Of a stretch of 64,000 nt of DNA, positions 43,718-54,595 are shown piece after piece (the stretch's first letter is position 1; the number at the start of each line of letters is the position of its first letter). Origin of the DNA: Pseudomonadota bacterium (GTDB lineage Bacteria > Pseudomonadota > Alphaproteobacteria > SHVZ01); contig JACQAG010000022.1 in assembly GCA_016195085.1 (NCBI GenBank), forward strand, positions 143,918 through 207,917, in the 5' to 3' direction. The position numbers and the translations under genes are program-made. The notes under the pieces were generated by a model, which was not told the origin of the DNA, did no database searches, and saw only the letters and a list, made by a program, of their open reading frames with translations.

Positions 43718-45390
43718 AGAAGCCTGTCATCATCGTCAGCAGGCCGAGTGATTTCGCGGAGCACGACCGCAGCTATCGCATCAGGACCGGGTGCGAGTAT
43801 CTCGCCGAGAGGGATCAACAGAAGAGCGACGACGACATCGTCATCAATCTTTGCCGCAGCTACCGCTACGGCAGCCTGGGCTACCACTGCTCGCTTCTGG
43901 CCGAGGCGCGAGGGCAGATCGTGGTGCCGCCGGTCGAAGCCATCGTCGACCTCAGCTCCAAAGCCACTTACCGGTTCACCCTACCCGAGCTCGATGCGTT
44001 GCTTCGCAAGGCCCTGCGTCGCGTGGGCGAGGCTCCTTCGCTGTCGGACCCCTTGCGCGGCCTCGACATTTTCTTCGGCCAAGTCACCGATCAGCGGTTC
44101 CGCGAGCTGGCGCGCCGCGTCTTCGATCTGTTCCGCTGCCCGATCCTCAGGCTGAACTTCGTCGGCTCGGTCGGCGCCGGCGATCTTCGCATTGCCGCCA
44201 TCCGGCTCTTGTCGATCCGGGACCTCGATGCGGCGCGTCGGGACTCTTTCAGGCGGGCGCTCGACTCATATCTGCGCGGCCATCGGCCTGTGCCGCAGAA
44301 GGATCCGCCGCCCCGATACGATCTGGCGATCCTCCATGATCCGACCGAGCCTACGCCTCCCTCCTCGCCGGGCGCGCTCCGCAAGTTCATTCAGGCGGGC
44401 AAGAGCCTGGGCGTGCGCGTCGAGCTCATCGGCAAGAAGGACTATCATCGTATTGCCGAGTTCGACGCGTTGTTTATCCGCGAGACGACGCGCACCAACC
44501 ACCACACATATCGCTTTGCGCGCCGGGCGGCAGCGGCCGGGCTGCCGGTCATCGACGATCCCAGATCGATCACGCTTTGCACCAACAAGGTGTTTCTCGC
44601 CGATCTTCTGCGCAGCAATGGCGTGCCTGCGCCACAGTCGGTGATCCTGGATCGTTCGCGGCTGGCGTCGGTCGAGCAGGAGATCGACTATCCCATCGTC
44701 CTCAAGCTGCCCGATGGCTCGTTTTCCCGCGGCGTACACAAGGCGCAGAATCGCGTTGAGCTGCGGCAGCTCACCGACCGGCTGTTCCAGCAGTCGCAGA
44801 TCCTGCTCGCCCAGAAATACGTTCCTACCAGCTTCGATTGGCGTGTGGGCATCCTCAACCGGCAGCCGCTTTTCGTCTGCCAGTACTTCATGACCAAAAA
44901 CCACTGGCAGGTGAACAAGCTTCTGAAGAATGGCCGGCTTTGGACGGGCAGCGCCCGCACGTTTCTGGTCGAGGACGCGCCGGCCGAGGTGCTGCGGGTG
45001 GCCATGCAGGCGGCGAACCTTATCGGCGACGGGCTGTACGGCGTGGATCTGAAGGAGACCCCGGAAGGGATGCTGGTGATCGAGATCAACGACAATCCGA
45101 ACATCGACATCGATGTCGAGGACGCGTGCCTCAGGGACGAGATCTATCGCTGCGTCATCCGCGAATTCGTGCGGCGTATCGAGGCACGGGAAGTCGCCGG
45201 CCCGGTGATCTCGGCTGCGGAGTTGGCGCGGATCGAGCCGGCGCATGGAGATCAAGGGGTCCTCCCGCAGCCGCTCGCGGTCGGCGCCGGAGAGCCGGCG
45301 ATGACCGCCGCGGCGGCCGAACCGCGCTCCTGGCCAAGCTGGATCGGTGAGCTGGCAGGGCTGGATTCGAGCGCCGGCGAATCCTCTTAA
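43714..45390 (+). CDS. RimK-type ATP-grasp ligase with N-terminal RLAN-like domain
   Basis: The TTG start at 43714 has GGAGG 8 nt upstream. The N-terminal ~200 aa contain INLCRSYRYGSLGYHCSLLAEARGQIVVPPVEAIVDL (RLAN-type). The ATP-grasp core has CTNKVFLADLLRSNGVPAPQS, YPIVLKLPDGSFSRGVHK, LLAQKYVPTSFDWRVGIL and GVDLKETPEGMLVIEINDNP. A low-complexity C-terminal tail follows. Confidence 0.8.
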   Translation: MKKPVIIVSRPSDFAEHDRSYRIRTGCEYLAERDQQKSDDDIVINLCRSYRYGSLGYHCSLLAEARGQIVVPPVEAIVDLSSKATYRFTLPELDALLRKALRRVGEAPSLSDPLRGLDIFFGQVTDQRFRELARRVFDLFRCPILRLNFVGSVGAGDLRIAAIRLLSIRDLDAARRDSFRRALDSYLRGHRPVPQKDPPPRYDLAILHDPTEPTPPSSPGALRKFIQAGKSLGVRVELIGKKDYHRIAEFDALFIRETTRTNHHTYRFARRAAAAGLPVIDDPRSITLCTNKVFLADLLRSNGVPAPQSVILDRSRLASVEQEIDYPIVLKLPDGSFSRGVHKAQNRVELRQLTDRLFQQSQILLAQKYVPTSFDWRVGILNRQPLFVCQYFMTKNHWQVNKLLKNGRLWTGSARTFLVEDAPAEVLRVAMQAANLIGDGLYGVDLKETPEGMLVIEINDNPNIDIDVEDACLRDEIYRCVIREFVRRIEAREVAGPVISAAELARIEPAHGDQGVLPQPLAVGAGEPAMTAAAAEPRSWPSWIGELAGLDSSAGESS

Positions 45391-45395
45391 GCGCG

Positions 45396-45794
45396 ATGCT
45401 CCTGGTCCCGACTTATGTGGCGCCGAGCCGAATTCATGGCTTGGGCCTTTTCGCGGTCGAGCGCGTTCCGGTCCGCACGAAGATGTGGGCCTTCCAGCCC
45501 GGTCTTGATGCCTTCGTTCCCGACGAGCTCTACCAGCGTCTGCCGGAGTTTCAACGGACCTTTCTCGATCATTACGGCTTCCGCTCGCCAATCTGGCCGG
45601 GTGGAGTGGTCATCGGCTTCGACAATTCCCGCTACATCAATCACAGCGCGACACCCAATACGGAAAACGAAACGGAATTTGCTTTCGCCGCCCGCGACAT
45701 CGAAAGGGACGAAGAGATCACTTGCGACTATGAGGTGATCCATCCCGAGGGCACCTGGGCGGCCGCCGTCGACCACTCCCCCAGGCTCGGCTAG
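45396..45794 (+). CDS. minimal SET-domain protein (putative lysine methyltransferase)
   Basis: 132 aa. It contains SRIHGLGLFA, YINHSATPN (a variant of NHSCxPN) and RDIERDEEITCDY (ELxxDY type). The ATG lies 5 nt after the ATP-grasp stop. Confidence 0.75.
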   Translation: MLLVPTYVAPSRIHGLGLFAVERVPVRTKMWAFQPGLDAFVPDELYQRLPEFQRTFLDHYGFRSPIWPGGVVIGFDNSRYINHSATPNTENETEFAFAARDIERDEEITCDYEVIHPEGTWAAAVDHSPRLG

Positions 45795-45909
45795 CGCTAG
45801 AAGTCCCGCTGCGGGCTCCGCGGCCTGTCGATCGTCGATTTGCATTGAACGGGGCTGCCAAGAGTGGCCACCATGGATGTGGGGCATCTCCATCCGCGAG
45901 GGCAGGCTC

Positions 45910-47973
45910 ATGTGGTCGACACCCTATTGCAGCGCTCTTGTCGCCGCGGCCGTTCGATCCACCTTGTTCGTCGGGCTCGTGGCGATGACGCAAGCGGCAA
46001 GCGCGCAGGCGCCGGGCGCAGGCGCGCTTGCCGCCTCTGGCCTCGTCGGCAAGCTCGAAGGCGCTCAGCTCGTGCTCGACCCGGCTTTGCGGCCAAGCCG
46101 CTACCAGGAGGCGCCAGCCCTCGGCGAGATGGTGAAGGCGGGACGCCTGCCGGCGGTCGGTGAGCGGCTGCCGGCAGATCCGCTGGTGATCAGGCCGCTG
46201 AGGGAGACCGGCCGCTACGGAGGCACCTGGAGGCGTGGTTTCATCGGTCCGGCCGATGGCGAGAACGGCAACCGCATCAACGCCTCGGACAAGCTCGTGT
46301 TTTGGGATGCAACGGGCACCAAGATCGTGCCCAGCTTGGCTAAGAGCTGGCAAACGAGCGCGGATGGCCGCACCCTCACGCTCACCTTGCGCCGAGGCCT
46401 GAAATGGTCCGACGGCGCGCCGTTCAACGCCGACGACTTCGTCTTCTGGTTCGAAGATCTCTACTCCAACAAGGATATCGTCCCGGTCCCGGTTGCGGAC
46501 ATGTCGATCAACGGAAAGCCTGGCCGCGTCGTCAAGATTGCCGACGACACTGTGGCCTTCCAGTTCGATGATCCTTACTACCTCTTCCTCGATATCCTCG
46601 CGGGTGACACGCCGATCGGCGGCGGGCAATCGGCACGGCAGTCGCAGAACTATACCTACGGCGCCTATGCGCCTGCGCACTACCTGAAGAAGTTTCTGCC
46701 GAAATACTCCTCCGAGCAGCTGGTGACCCAGGCGGCGAAGGCCGAGGGCTTCGAGACCTGGGTCAGGATGCTGCATTTCAAGAAGGACTGGCTGCTCAAT
46801 CCCGAGCTGCCCACGGTCGGTCCTTGGCACATGCAAAGGCCGATCAACACTCTCAACTGGGTGCTCGAGCGCAACCCTTATTATTGGGCCGTCGACACCG
46901 AAGGCAATCAACTGCCCTATATCGACCGCATCGTGATGACACTGGCCCAGGACACCGAGGTCCTGAATCTACGCGCCATCGCCGGCGAGTACGACATGCA
47001 GGAGCGCAATGTCGACCTCGGCAAGCTGCCGGTGCTGCTCGAGAACCGACAGAAGGCCGATTACTCCATCCACCTCGATCTCGCCTTCAACGGCTCCGAT
47101 ACGACGCTGCACCTGAACCAGAGCTATGCCGCCGACCCGGAAATCGCCAGATGGCTGACCAATGTCGATTTTCGGCGCGCCTTGTCGCTCGGCATCGATC
47201 GCGAGCAGCTGAATGAGACGTTCTGGCTCGGAACCGGCATAGCCGGATCGATCGCGCCGGCGGAGGCGACGCCCTTCAGCCCCGGTGCGGACTGGCGCAA
47301 GAAGTGGTCGACCTACGACCCGGTGCGAGCCAACGGAATGTTGGATGCGCTCGGGCTTGCGAAGCGGGACGGCGATGGCTTCCGGCTGCGGGCCGACAAT
47401 GGCGAAAAGCTTCGTCTGCAGGTGACCGCAGTCAAGGCCCTGCTGCCATGGCCGCAACAGGCCGAGATGATCGCCCAGCAATGGAAGAAGATCGGCATTC
47501 AGGCCGATGTTCGCGAGATGGAGCGCAGCCTCGCCATCACGCAGACGCGGAACAATGAGCATCAGGTCTTCGTGTGGACCAATGGCGGAACCGAGATGCT
47601 CTATCTTTATCCGCAGCTGGCGATCCCGGTCATACCGAACGAGTCGTACATGGGGCCCCAGATCGCCATCTGGTTTGGCAGCGGCGGCAAGCAAGGCGTC
47701 GAGCCGAAGGATCCCCAGATGCAGCGTGCCCTCGCTCTGTTCCGGTCGGCCTCCGGACAGGACGCTATCGGGCGGGAGAACACGGCGAAGGAGATCTGGA
47801 AGATCCTCGTCGATCAGCAATACAGCATCGGTACGGTCGGCCAGTCTCCGGCGTTTATGGGTGTCCGCCTGGTCAGCAACCGCCTCGGCAACATTCCGGA
47901 GCGCGCCTGCATTGCTCAGCACTGCCGCACGCCGGGCAGCTCGCATCCGGAGACATGGTTTTTCAAGAACTAG
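45910..47973 (+). CDS. ABC transporter substrate-binding protein, family 5, long form (orphan)
   Basis: Signal peptide MWSTPYCSALVAAAVRSTLFVGLVAMTQAASAQA. 687 aa of family-5-like sequence (FNADDFVFWFEDLY..., NPYYWAVDTEGNQLPYIDR...). Confidence 0.85.
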   Translation: MWSTPYCSALVAAAVRSTLFVGLVAMTQAASAQAPGAGALAASGLVGKLEGAQLVLDPALRPSRYQEAPALGEMVKAGRLPAVGERLPADPLVIRPLRETGRYGGTWRRGFIGPADGENGNRINASDKLVFWDATGTKIVPSLAKSWQTSADGRTLTLTLRRGLKWSDGAPFNADDFVFWFEDLYSNKDIVPVPVADMSINGKPGRVVKIADDTVAFQFDDPYYLFLDILAGDTPIGGGQSARQSQNYTYGAYAPAHYLKKFLPKYSSEQLVTQAAKAEGFETWVRMLHFKKDWLLNPELPTVGPWHMQRPINTLNWVLERNPYYWAVDTEGNQLPYIDRIVMTLAQDTEVLNLRAIAGEYDMQERNVDLGKLPVLLENRQKADYSIHLDLAFNGSDTTLHLNQSYAADPEIARWLTNVDFRRALSLGIDREQLNETFWLGTGIAGSIAPAEATPFSPGADWRKKWSTYDPVRANGMLDALGLAKRDGDGFRLRADNGEKLRLQVTAVKALLPWPQQAEMIAQQWKKIGIQADVREMERSLAITQTRNNEHQVFVWTNGGTEMLYLYPQLAIPVIPNESYMGPQIAIWFGSGGKQGVEPKDPQMQRALALFRSASGQDAIGRENTAKEIWKILVDQQYSIGTVGQSPAFMGVRLVSNRLGNIPERACIAQHCRTPGSSHPETWFFKN

Positions 47974-47998
47974 CGCCCGCAACGGAGGAGGGGACACG

Positions 47999-48766
47999 AT
48001 GCGCGAGAACCGCGTCAAGACGATTTGGCAGAATGGCGGCGTGGTCGTCGCCGGCGCCTGTGCGTTGGATAGCCTCTATGCGGCCGAAGTCATGGCCCAT
48101 GAGGGTTTCGATGCGTTGATCATCGATACCCAGCATGCAGCGATCGACTACAAGGACACGCTGGCGATGATGCAGGTAATATCCGCCACCCAATCGACGC
48201 CCATCGTGCGGGTCGGCTGGAACACCCCCAACCTGGTCATGCGGATGCTGGATGCCGGCGCCTACGGCGTCATCTGCCCGATGATCAACACCCGGGCGGA
48301 TTGTGAGGCATTCGTCGGGGCCTGCCTCTATGCGCCCCGCGGCTATCGGAGCTACGGTCCGATCCGCGGCGGCTTCTATGGCGGGCCCGACTATCTCGAT
48401 CGGGCCAACGACACGATTCTGCCGATGATCCAGATCGAGACGGCCGTGGCGGTCGAGCGTGCCGATGAGATCCTGAGTGTCCCGGGTCTTGGCGGCATCT
48501 ATCTCGGTCCCGGCGACCTCTCGATCACGCTTGGCCTCGATCCCCGAACCCAAATGGACGATACGCGGCTCTGGCGAGCGATCGAGCGTGTGCTGGCATC
48601 GTGTGTCCGCAACAAGGTGCTGCCAGGCCTCTATACGCCAAATGCGGCTTGGGCGCGGCGTGCGATTGATCTCGGTGCGCGGTTGATCACCGCCGGTGCC
48701 GATGTCGGATTTATCCGTGCCGGCGCTCAGCAATCGCTCGCGGCATTTCGCGCCATCGCTGGCTGA
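47999..48766 (+). CDS. HpcH/HpaI-family aldolase (2-keto-3-deoxy-acid aldolase type)
   Basis: ATG 47999 is preceded by GGAGGAGGGG. FDALIIDTQHAAIDY, PIVRVGWN, MIQIETAVAV and IYLGPGDLSITLG follow the HpaI/GarL pattern. Only this part of listed ORF 47507..48766 is coding. Confidence 0.8.
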   Translation: MRENRVKTIWQNGGVVVAGACALDSLYAAEVMAHEGFDALIIDTQHAAIDYKDTLAMMQVISATQSTPIVRVGWNTPNLVMRMLDAGAYGVICPMINTRADCEAFVGACLYAPRGYRSYGPIRGGFYGGPDYLDRANDTILPMIQIETAVAVERADEILSVPGLGGIYLGPGDLSITLGLDPRTQMDDTRLWRAIERVLASCVRNKVLPGLYTPNAAWARRAIDLGARLITAGADVGFIRAGAQQSLAAFRAIAG

Positions 48767-48870
48767 GGTCCGCTCTTTCGCCTCCCGCTCAAGTCCCCGC
48801 GTCGTCGTCGGGCCTGAAGCGAAACCAGCCGACCGGCGGCGCAAGCTCCAACGGCACGGATCGTTTGCGC

Positions 48871-48883
48871 GGGGGGGGGGGGG
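48871..48883. repeat. homopolymeric G13 tract (C13 on the minus strand)
   Basis: Read directly from the sequence: GCGC-GGGGGGGGGGGGG-CCTATCT. On the minus strand the C-run begins 2 nt after the TAG stop of the histidine kinase gene. Confidence 0.9.
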
Positions 48884-48884
48884 C

Positions 48885-50807
<1,923 letters not shown>

Positions 50808-50943
50808 CGAGACGGTTCTCGCTTTGATGCCGATCGCCATGGCCCATGGGGCGATCTTCCGCGATTAGCCGCTATTCTAAGCAGAAACCGCCTTAACGTT
50901 CTTCAACACGGCGTGTCATCGCTGAGAATAGCGCAAGATAATG

Positions 50944-51342
50944 TTATTTGACCATGATGGACAACAGCATCTTGGGATGGATATGACAGCGGACCGAATA
51001 GAGGCCGGCGCTAGGGAACTTCACCTCGATCGCTTCGCCAGGTGGCTGCTCGGCAGAGTCGAACTTGAAGGCGTCCGAGGTGACGAAGATCTGATGCAGG
51101 AACTCGTCGTCATTGGTAAAGCGCACGACATCGCCGATGCCGATATTGATGGTCTTCACTTGAAATTCCCGGCCTTTTTGCGCGATCTGATGAACGCTCG
51201 CCGCCACGGCGAGGGCGCAAACGAGGCTGCTCGCGGCTATCAACGCGCCCAAAGCCAATAGCAGACGATAGGCGGGCCGCGGCCGCAGACTGAGGCGCTG
51301 GCCCATCGACGCTGAAATATTCCGGATGCCCGGTCTATTCAT
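50944..51342 (-). CDS. cupredoxin-family (amicyanin/plastocyanin-like) periplasmic copper protein
   Basis: The C-terminal ligand loop CHIHPKM has C-x2-H-x2-M spacing, as in amicyanin CTPHPFM. An upstream His lies in DDEFLHQIF. There is a hydrophobic signal-like segment LLLALGALIAASSLVCALA. The start is uncertain; ATG 51342 has GGAAG upstream. Confidence 0.65.
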   Translation of the reverse strand: MNRPGIRNISASMGQRLSLRPRPAYRLLLALGALIAASSLVCALAVAASVHQIAQKGREFQVKTINIGIGDVVRFTNDDEFLHQIFVTSDAFKFDSAEQPPGEAIEVKFPSAGLYSVRCHIHPKMLLSIMVK

Positions 51343-51496
51343 TCTATCTTCCGATCGCCGTGGCGACACGCCGCGCCCGGCTTCACGCGGTCAATACTAC
51401 CAGCATTGACCCGCGGCCCGATGCGAACCGGGCAAGGTCACATGACCGAGGCCTTAAGATCGTGATAAGACTGCCACTTTGGCGGGGGTCGAAGCA

Positions 51497-52732
51497 ATGC
51501 CAGGCCGCTTTCGTTCAGCGCTTTTGCTGGCCGCGATGTTGGTCGCCGTTGCTCCGTCGGGTGCGGGGTGGGCGCAGGACTTCACTGTCAACGCCCTTGG
51601 CGATGTGCGCTTGGTCCGCCCTTCGAGCCAGCGCTCCTGGATGGATGGAGGCTTGGGCAAGCTTCGGTTCAATGGCGGCAGCGATCAAGGTCCGGACATT
51701 CATCTGGGTCAACTCCTCGCGGATGCGCGTCTCAAGCTTGGACCCGATGTCCTGGCCTTCGCCTCGGTGCGCTACGAGCCGAAGCAGAAGACGGCGATCG
51801 ATATCCTGGAAGCCTATGGCCGCTATCAGCCGATTTCGACCCCCTCGACCTTGTGGTCGATCAAGCTCGGCGCCTTCTTCCCGCCGATCTCGCTCGAGAA
51901 CGAAGGGGTCGGCTGGACCAGCCCCTGGACGCTGACGCCTTCGGCGATCAATTCCTGGGTGGGTGACGAGCTGCGCACCATCGGCGGCGAATCCACCCTC
52001 GAGTGGCGCTATGGCACGGGAGCTTTCGGTATCACCGGAGCGGTCTTCGGCAAGAACGATCCCACTGGAGCGCTGCTGGCGGATCGCGGCTGGACCTTCG
52101 GTGATCGGCCGACCGGCCTTTTCGACCGTCTTCGAATTCCCGATGTGGTCCTCCGCGCGCAACGCAGGCGGGCCCCGGGATGGATGAGCGAGTTCCGGGA
52201 AATCGACAACACGCCGGGATTCTATGGCGGCCTGTCATGGCGCGAGAACGATATCGGCCGCTTGACCCTGCTGCATTACGACAACGGGGCCGATCCCGCC
52301 GCGCGCCGATACGGCCAGTTCGCCTGGCGTACCGAGTTCAACAGCGCCGGAATCGAGACCTATCTCGGCGACTTCGTCGTCTTGAGCCAAGGCATGGTCG
52401 GTGAGACCGAGATCAATCCAAGTCAGGCGTCTCGCAGCATCACGCATTTTCAATCCGCCTATCTTCTGGCGGGGCGATACTTCGGCAACTGGAATGCTGC
52501 GCTGCGCCTCGATGTCTTCGCCACCCAGGAGCGGTCGGGCCCGAACAACGACTATACCGAGCACGGGCATGCGCTGACTCTCGCGGTAACCTGGGGGCCG
52601 GTGCGCTGGTTCAAGCTGTCCGGAGAGGTGCTGCGCATCGACAGCAGCCGCGTGCAGCGCAGCAGAGAGCTCGGCTTGCCGCAGCGCTCCGTGGAGACCC
52701 AGCTACAGCTGAACGCGCGCTTCGTCTACTAG
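51497..52732 (+). CDS. putative outer-membrane beta-barrel protein
   Basis: Signal peptide MPGRFRSALLLAAMLVAVAPSGAGWA-QD. Alternating-polarity strands occur throughout, and the C-terminus LQLNARFVY ends in an aromatic residue, as in OMP sorting signals. No specific family recognised. Confidence 0.5.
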   Translation: MPGRFRSALLLAAMLVAVAPSGAGWAQDFTVNALGDVRLVRPSSQRSWMDGGLGKLRFNGGSDQGPDIHLGQLLADARLKLGPDVLAFASVRYEPKQKTAIDILEAYGRYQPISTPSTLWSIKLGAFFPPISLENEGVGWTSPWTLTPSAINSWVGDELRTIGGESTLEWRYGTGAFGITGAVFGKNDPTGALLADRGWTFGDRPTGLFDRLRIPDVVLRAQRRRAPGWMSEFREIDNTPGFYGGLSWRENDIGRLTLLHYDNGADPAARRYGQFAWRTEFNSAGIETYLGDFVVLSQGMVGETEINPSQASRSITHFQSAYLLAGRYFGNWNAALRLDVFATQERSGPNNDYTEHGHALTLAVTWGPVRWFKLSGEVLRIDSSRVQRSRELGLPQRSVETQLQLNARFVY

Positions 52733-52764
52733 CCGAACGCCCGAGCCGATCGCGACCGCCCTCG

Positions 52765-53709
52765 TCAGGTCTCGGCACCCTCGAGATCGCCGATCATGTA
52801 GCCGTAGTCGCCGGATTCCACCAGATTACGGCCGAGATGACCCATGATCATGATGCCGTTCTCATAGGGGCTGGCGACTTCCTGTAGGACTTCGAAGGTA
52901 TAGGGGCTGATGACGCGGAAGATCGGCGCCCTGCCGCGGATCCTCTCGCCCAAGGGCGGGGCCAGGTTCTCGATCAGACCGGCCTGGGTTGGTCTGACGC
53001 CGGCGATCGAGCGCACCACGACCTGGGGTGGCGGCGGGACGACCTCGCCCTCGATCACGCCGAGCTGGCGCAGCATGTTGAGCGCCCCGGCGAGGCCGCG
53101 CTCGACATAGGGCTTCTGGTCGACGATCCCGCCGCCGAGCTCGACGACGACGACCGGAATATTGCGCCGGTCGAGAGTGACGGCCTTGGTGGTCCCGGCG
53201 TAGACGGTGCCTTCCTTGCCGGCCATCGGGCGGAAGAGGACCTTGGAGCCGAAGGATCGCGACAGGGCTTCGTCGCTCCAGATATAGACATAGTCGACGG
53301 TCGGCCGGTCGGTGCCGGAATGGAAATCGATATGGACGTCGATTTTCTCGAGAAACTCCCCGGTGATGGCGGCGGCGAGCTGCTGGGTGTAGGTGCCCTT
53401 CGCGTCACCGGGAAACTCGCGGTTGAGATTGAGGTCATCGGTCGGGGTGCAGCGGCGGTTAGCGGCAAACGCGCGGGGGTTGGCAACCGGCAGCAGCAGG
53501 AGCCGGCCCTTGATCCTCATGTTCTTGATGGTGCGGTAGAGATCGAGAATGATCTCCGTGCCGGTCGGCTCGTTGCCATGGATGGCGCCGCTGATGCCGA
53601 CCGTGGGCCCGTCGGCTTCGCCGACAATCTCGTGCATGGTGAGGACGGCCTCGCAACCATCCGCATAGGTGGTGAATTTCGGCCGGATGATCCGGTGCTG
53701 ACTGGCCAT
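52765..53709 (-). CDS. succinylglutamate desuccinylase / aspartoacylase (AstE/ASPA) family zinc deacylase
   Basis: Starts at MASQHRII. GISGAIHGNEPTG (H-x-x-E zinc motif), LLLLPVANPRAF, NLNREFPG and DFHSG are present. Confidence 0.8.
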   Translation of the reverse strand: MASQHRIIRPKFTTYADGCEAVLTMHEIVGEADGPTVGISGAIHGNEPTGTEIILDLYRTIKNMRIKGRLLLLPVANPRAFAANRRCTPTDDLNLNREFPGDAKGTYTQQLAAAITGEFLEKIDVHIDFHSGTDRPTVDYVYIWSDEALSRSFGSKVLFRPMAGKEGTVYAGTTKAVTLDRRNIPVVVVELGGGIVDQKPYVERGLAGALNMLRQLGVIEGEVVPPPPQVVVRSIAGVRPTQAGLIENLAPPLGERIRGRAPIFRVISPYTFEVLQEVASPYENGIMIMGHLGRNLVESGDYGYMIGDLEGAET

Positions 53710-53755
53710 CGATACGTCCTTCCGCTGAGGGCAACTTCCTAGGGGAGATTCAAGA

Positions 53756-54595
53756 TCATTTAGCCATGCCGCGTGACAATTGACGCGGATCGAGGATGTC
53801 GCGCAGGCCATCGCCGAGTAGATTGAAGCCGAGCACGGTCAGCATGATCGCCCCGCCGGAGACGATCGAGAGCCAGGGCTCGGTGCGCATGAACTTGGTT
53901 CCATAGGCAAGCGTCCAGCCCCAGGTGGGTTGCGGTGGCGGCACGCCGAAGCCGAGGAAGCCCAGCGCCGACTCGGCGATGATTGCGCCGCCGAGGCCGA
54001 GCGTCGCTAGAACGATGATCGGTCCCACCGCATTGGGTAGGATCTCCAGGAACAGGATGCGAAAATCCGAGGCGCCTAGAATCCGAGCCGCCTGAACATA
54101 GGCCTGTTCGCGCAAGATCAGCGTCGCTGCGCGGACGACGCGGGCATATTCGGTCCAGAACACGATGACGAGTGCCAGCGTGACGTTGACGATTCCCGGC
54201 CCTAGCACGGCAATCACGGCGAGCGCCAGGATCAGCGCCGGAAATCCCAGAAAGACGTCGGTGACGCGCATCAGAACCAGATCGACCCACCCGCCGAAAT
54301 AGCCCGCAGCGAGGCCGACCGCGGTGCCGATGGTGGCCGCGAGCGATACCGAGAGAATGGAAATCGTGAGCGAGATCCGCGCGCCGAAGATCAGCCGGCT
54401 CCATACATCGCGTCCAAAATTGTCCGAGCCGAGCCAATGGCGCCAAGACGGCCAGGCGAAGCGGTTCGCCATGTCCATCTGCTCGACGCCATGGGTCGCA
54501 AGCACCGGTGCGAAGATCGCGGAGAAGACGATCGCGAACGAGATCGCCGCGCCGACGACGAGCGACGCGTGGCGCAGCGAACGCCACCCTCTCAT
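53756..54595 (-). CDS. ABC transporter permease, DppC/OppC type
   Basis: Starts at MRGWRSL. LGSDNFGRDVWSRLIFGARISL and the C-terminal LGDGLRDILDPR are present. ATGA overlap with the upstream permease. Confidence 0.9.
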   Translation of the reverse strand: MRGWRSLRHASLVVGAAISFAIVFSAIFAPVLATHGVEQMDMANRFAWPSWRHWLGSDNFGRDVWSRLIFGARISLTISILSVSLAATIGTAVGLAAGYFGGWVDLVLMRVTDVFLGFPALILALAVIAVLGPGIVNVTLALVIVFWTEYARVVRAATLILREQAYVQAARILGASDFRILFLEILPNAVGPIIVLATLGLGGAIIAESALGFLGFGVPPPQPTWGWTLAYGTKFMRTEPWLSIVSGGAIMLTVLGFNLLGDGLRDILDPRQLSRGMAK

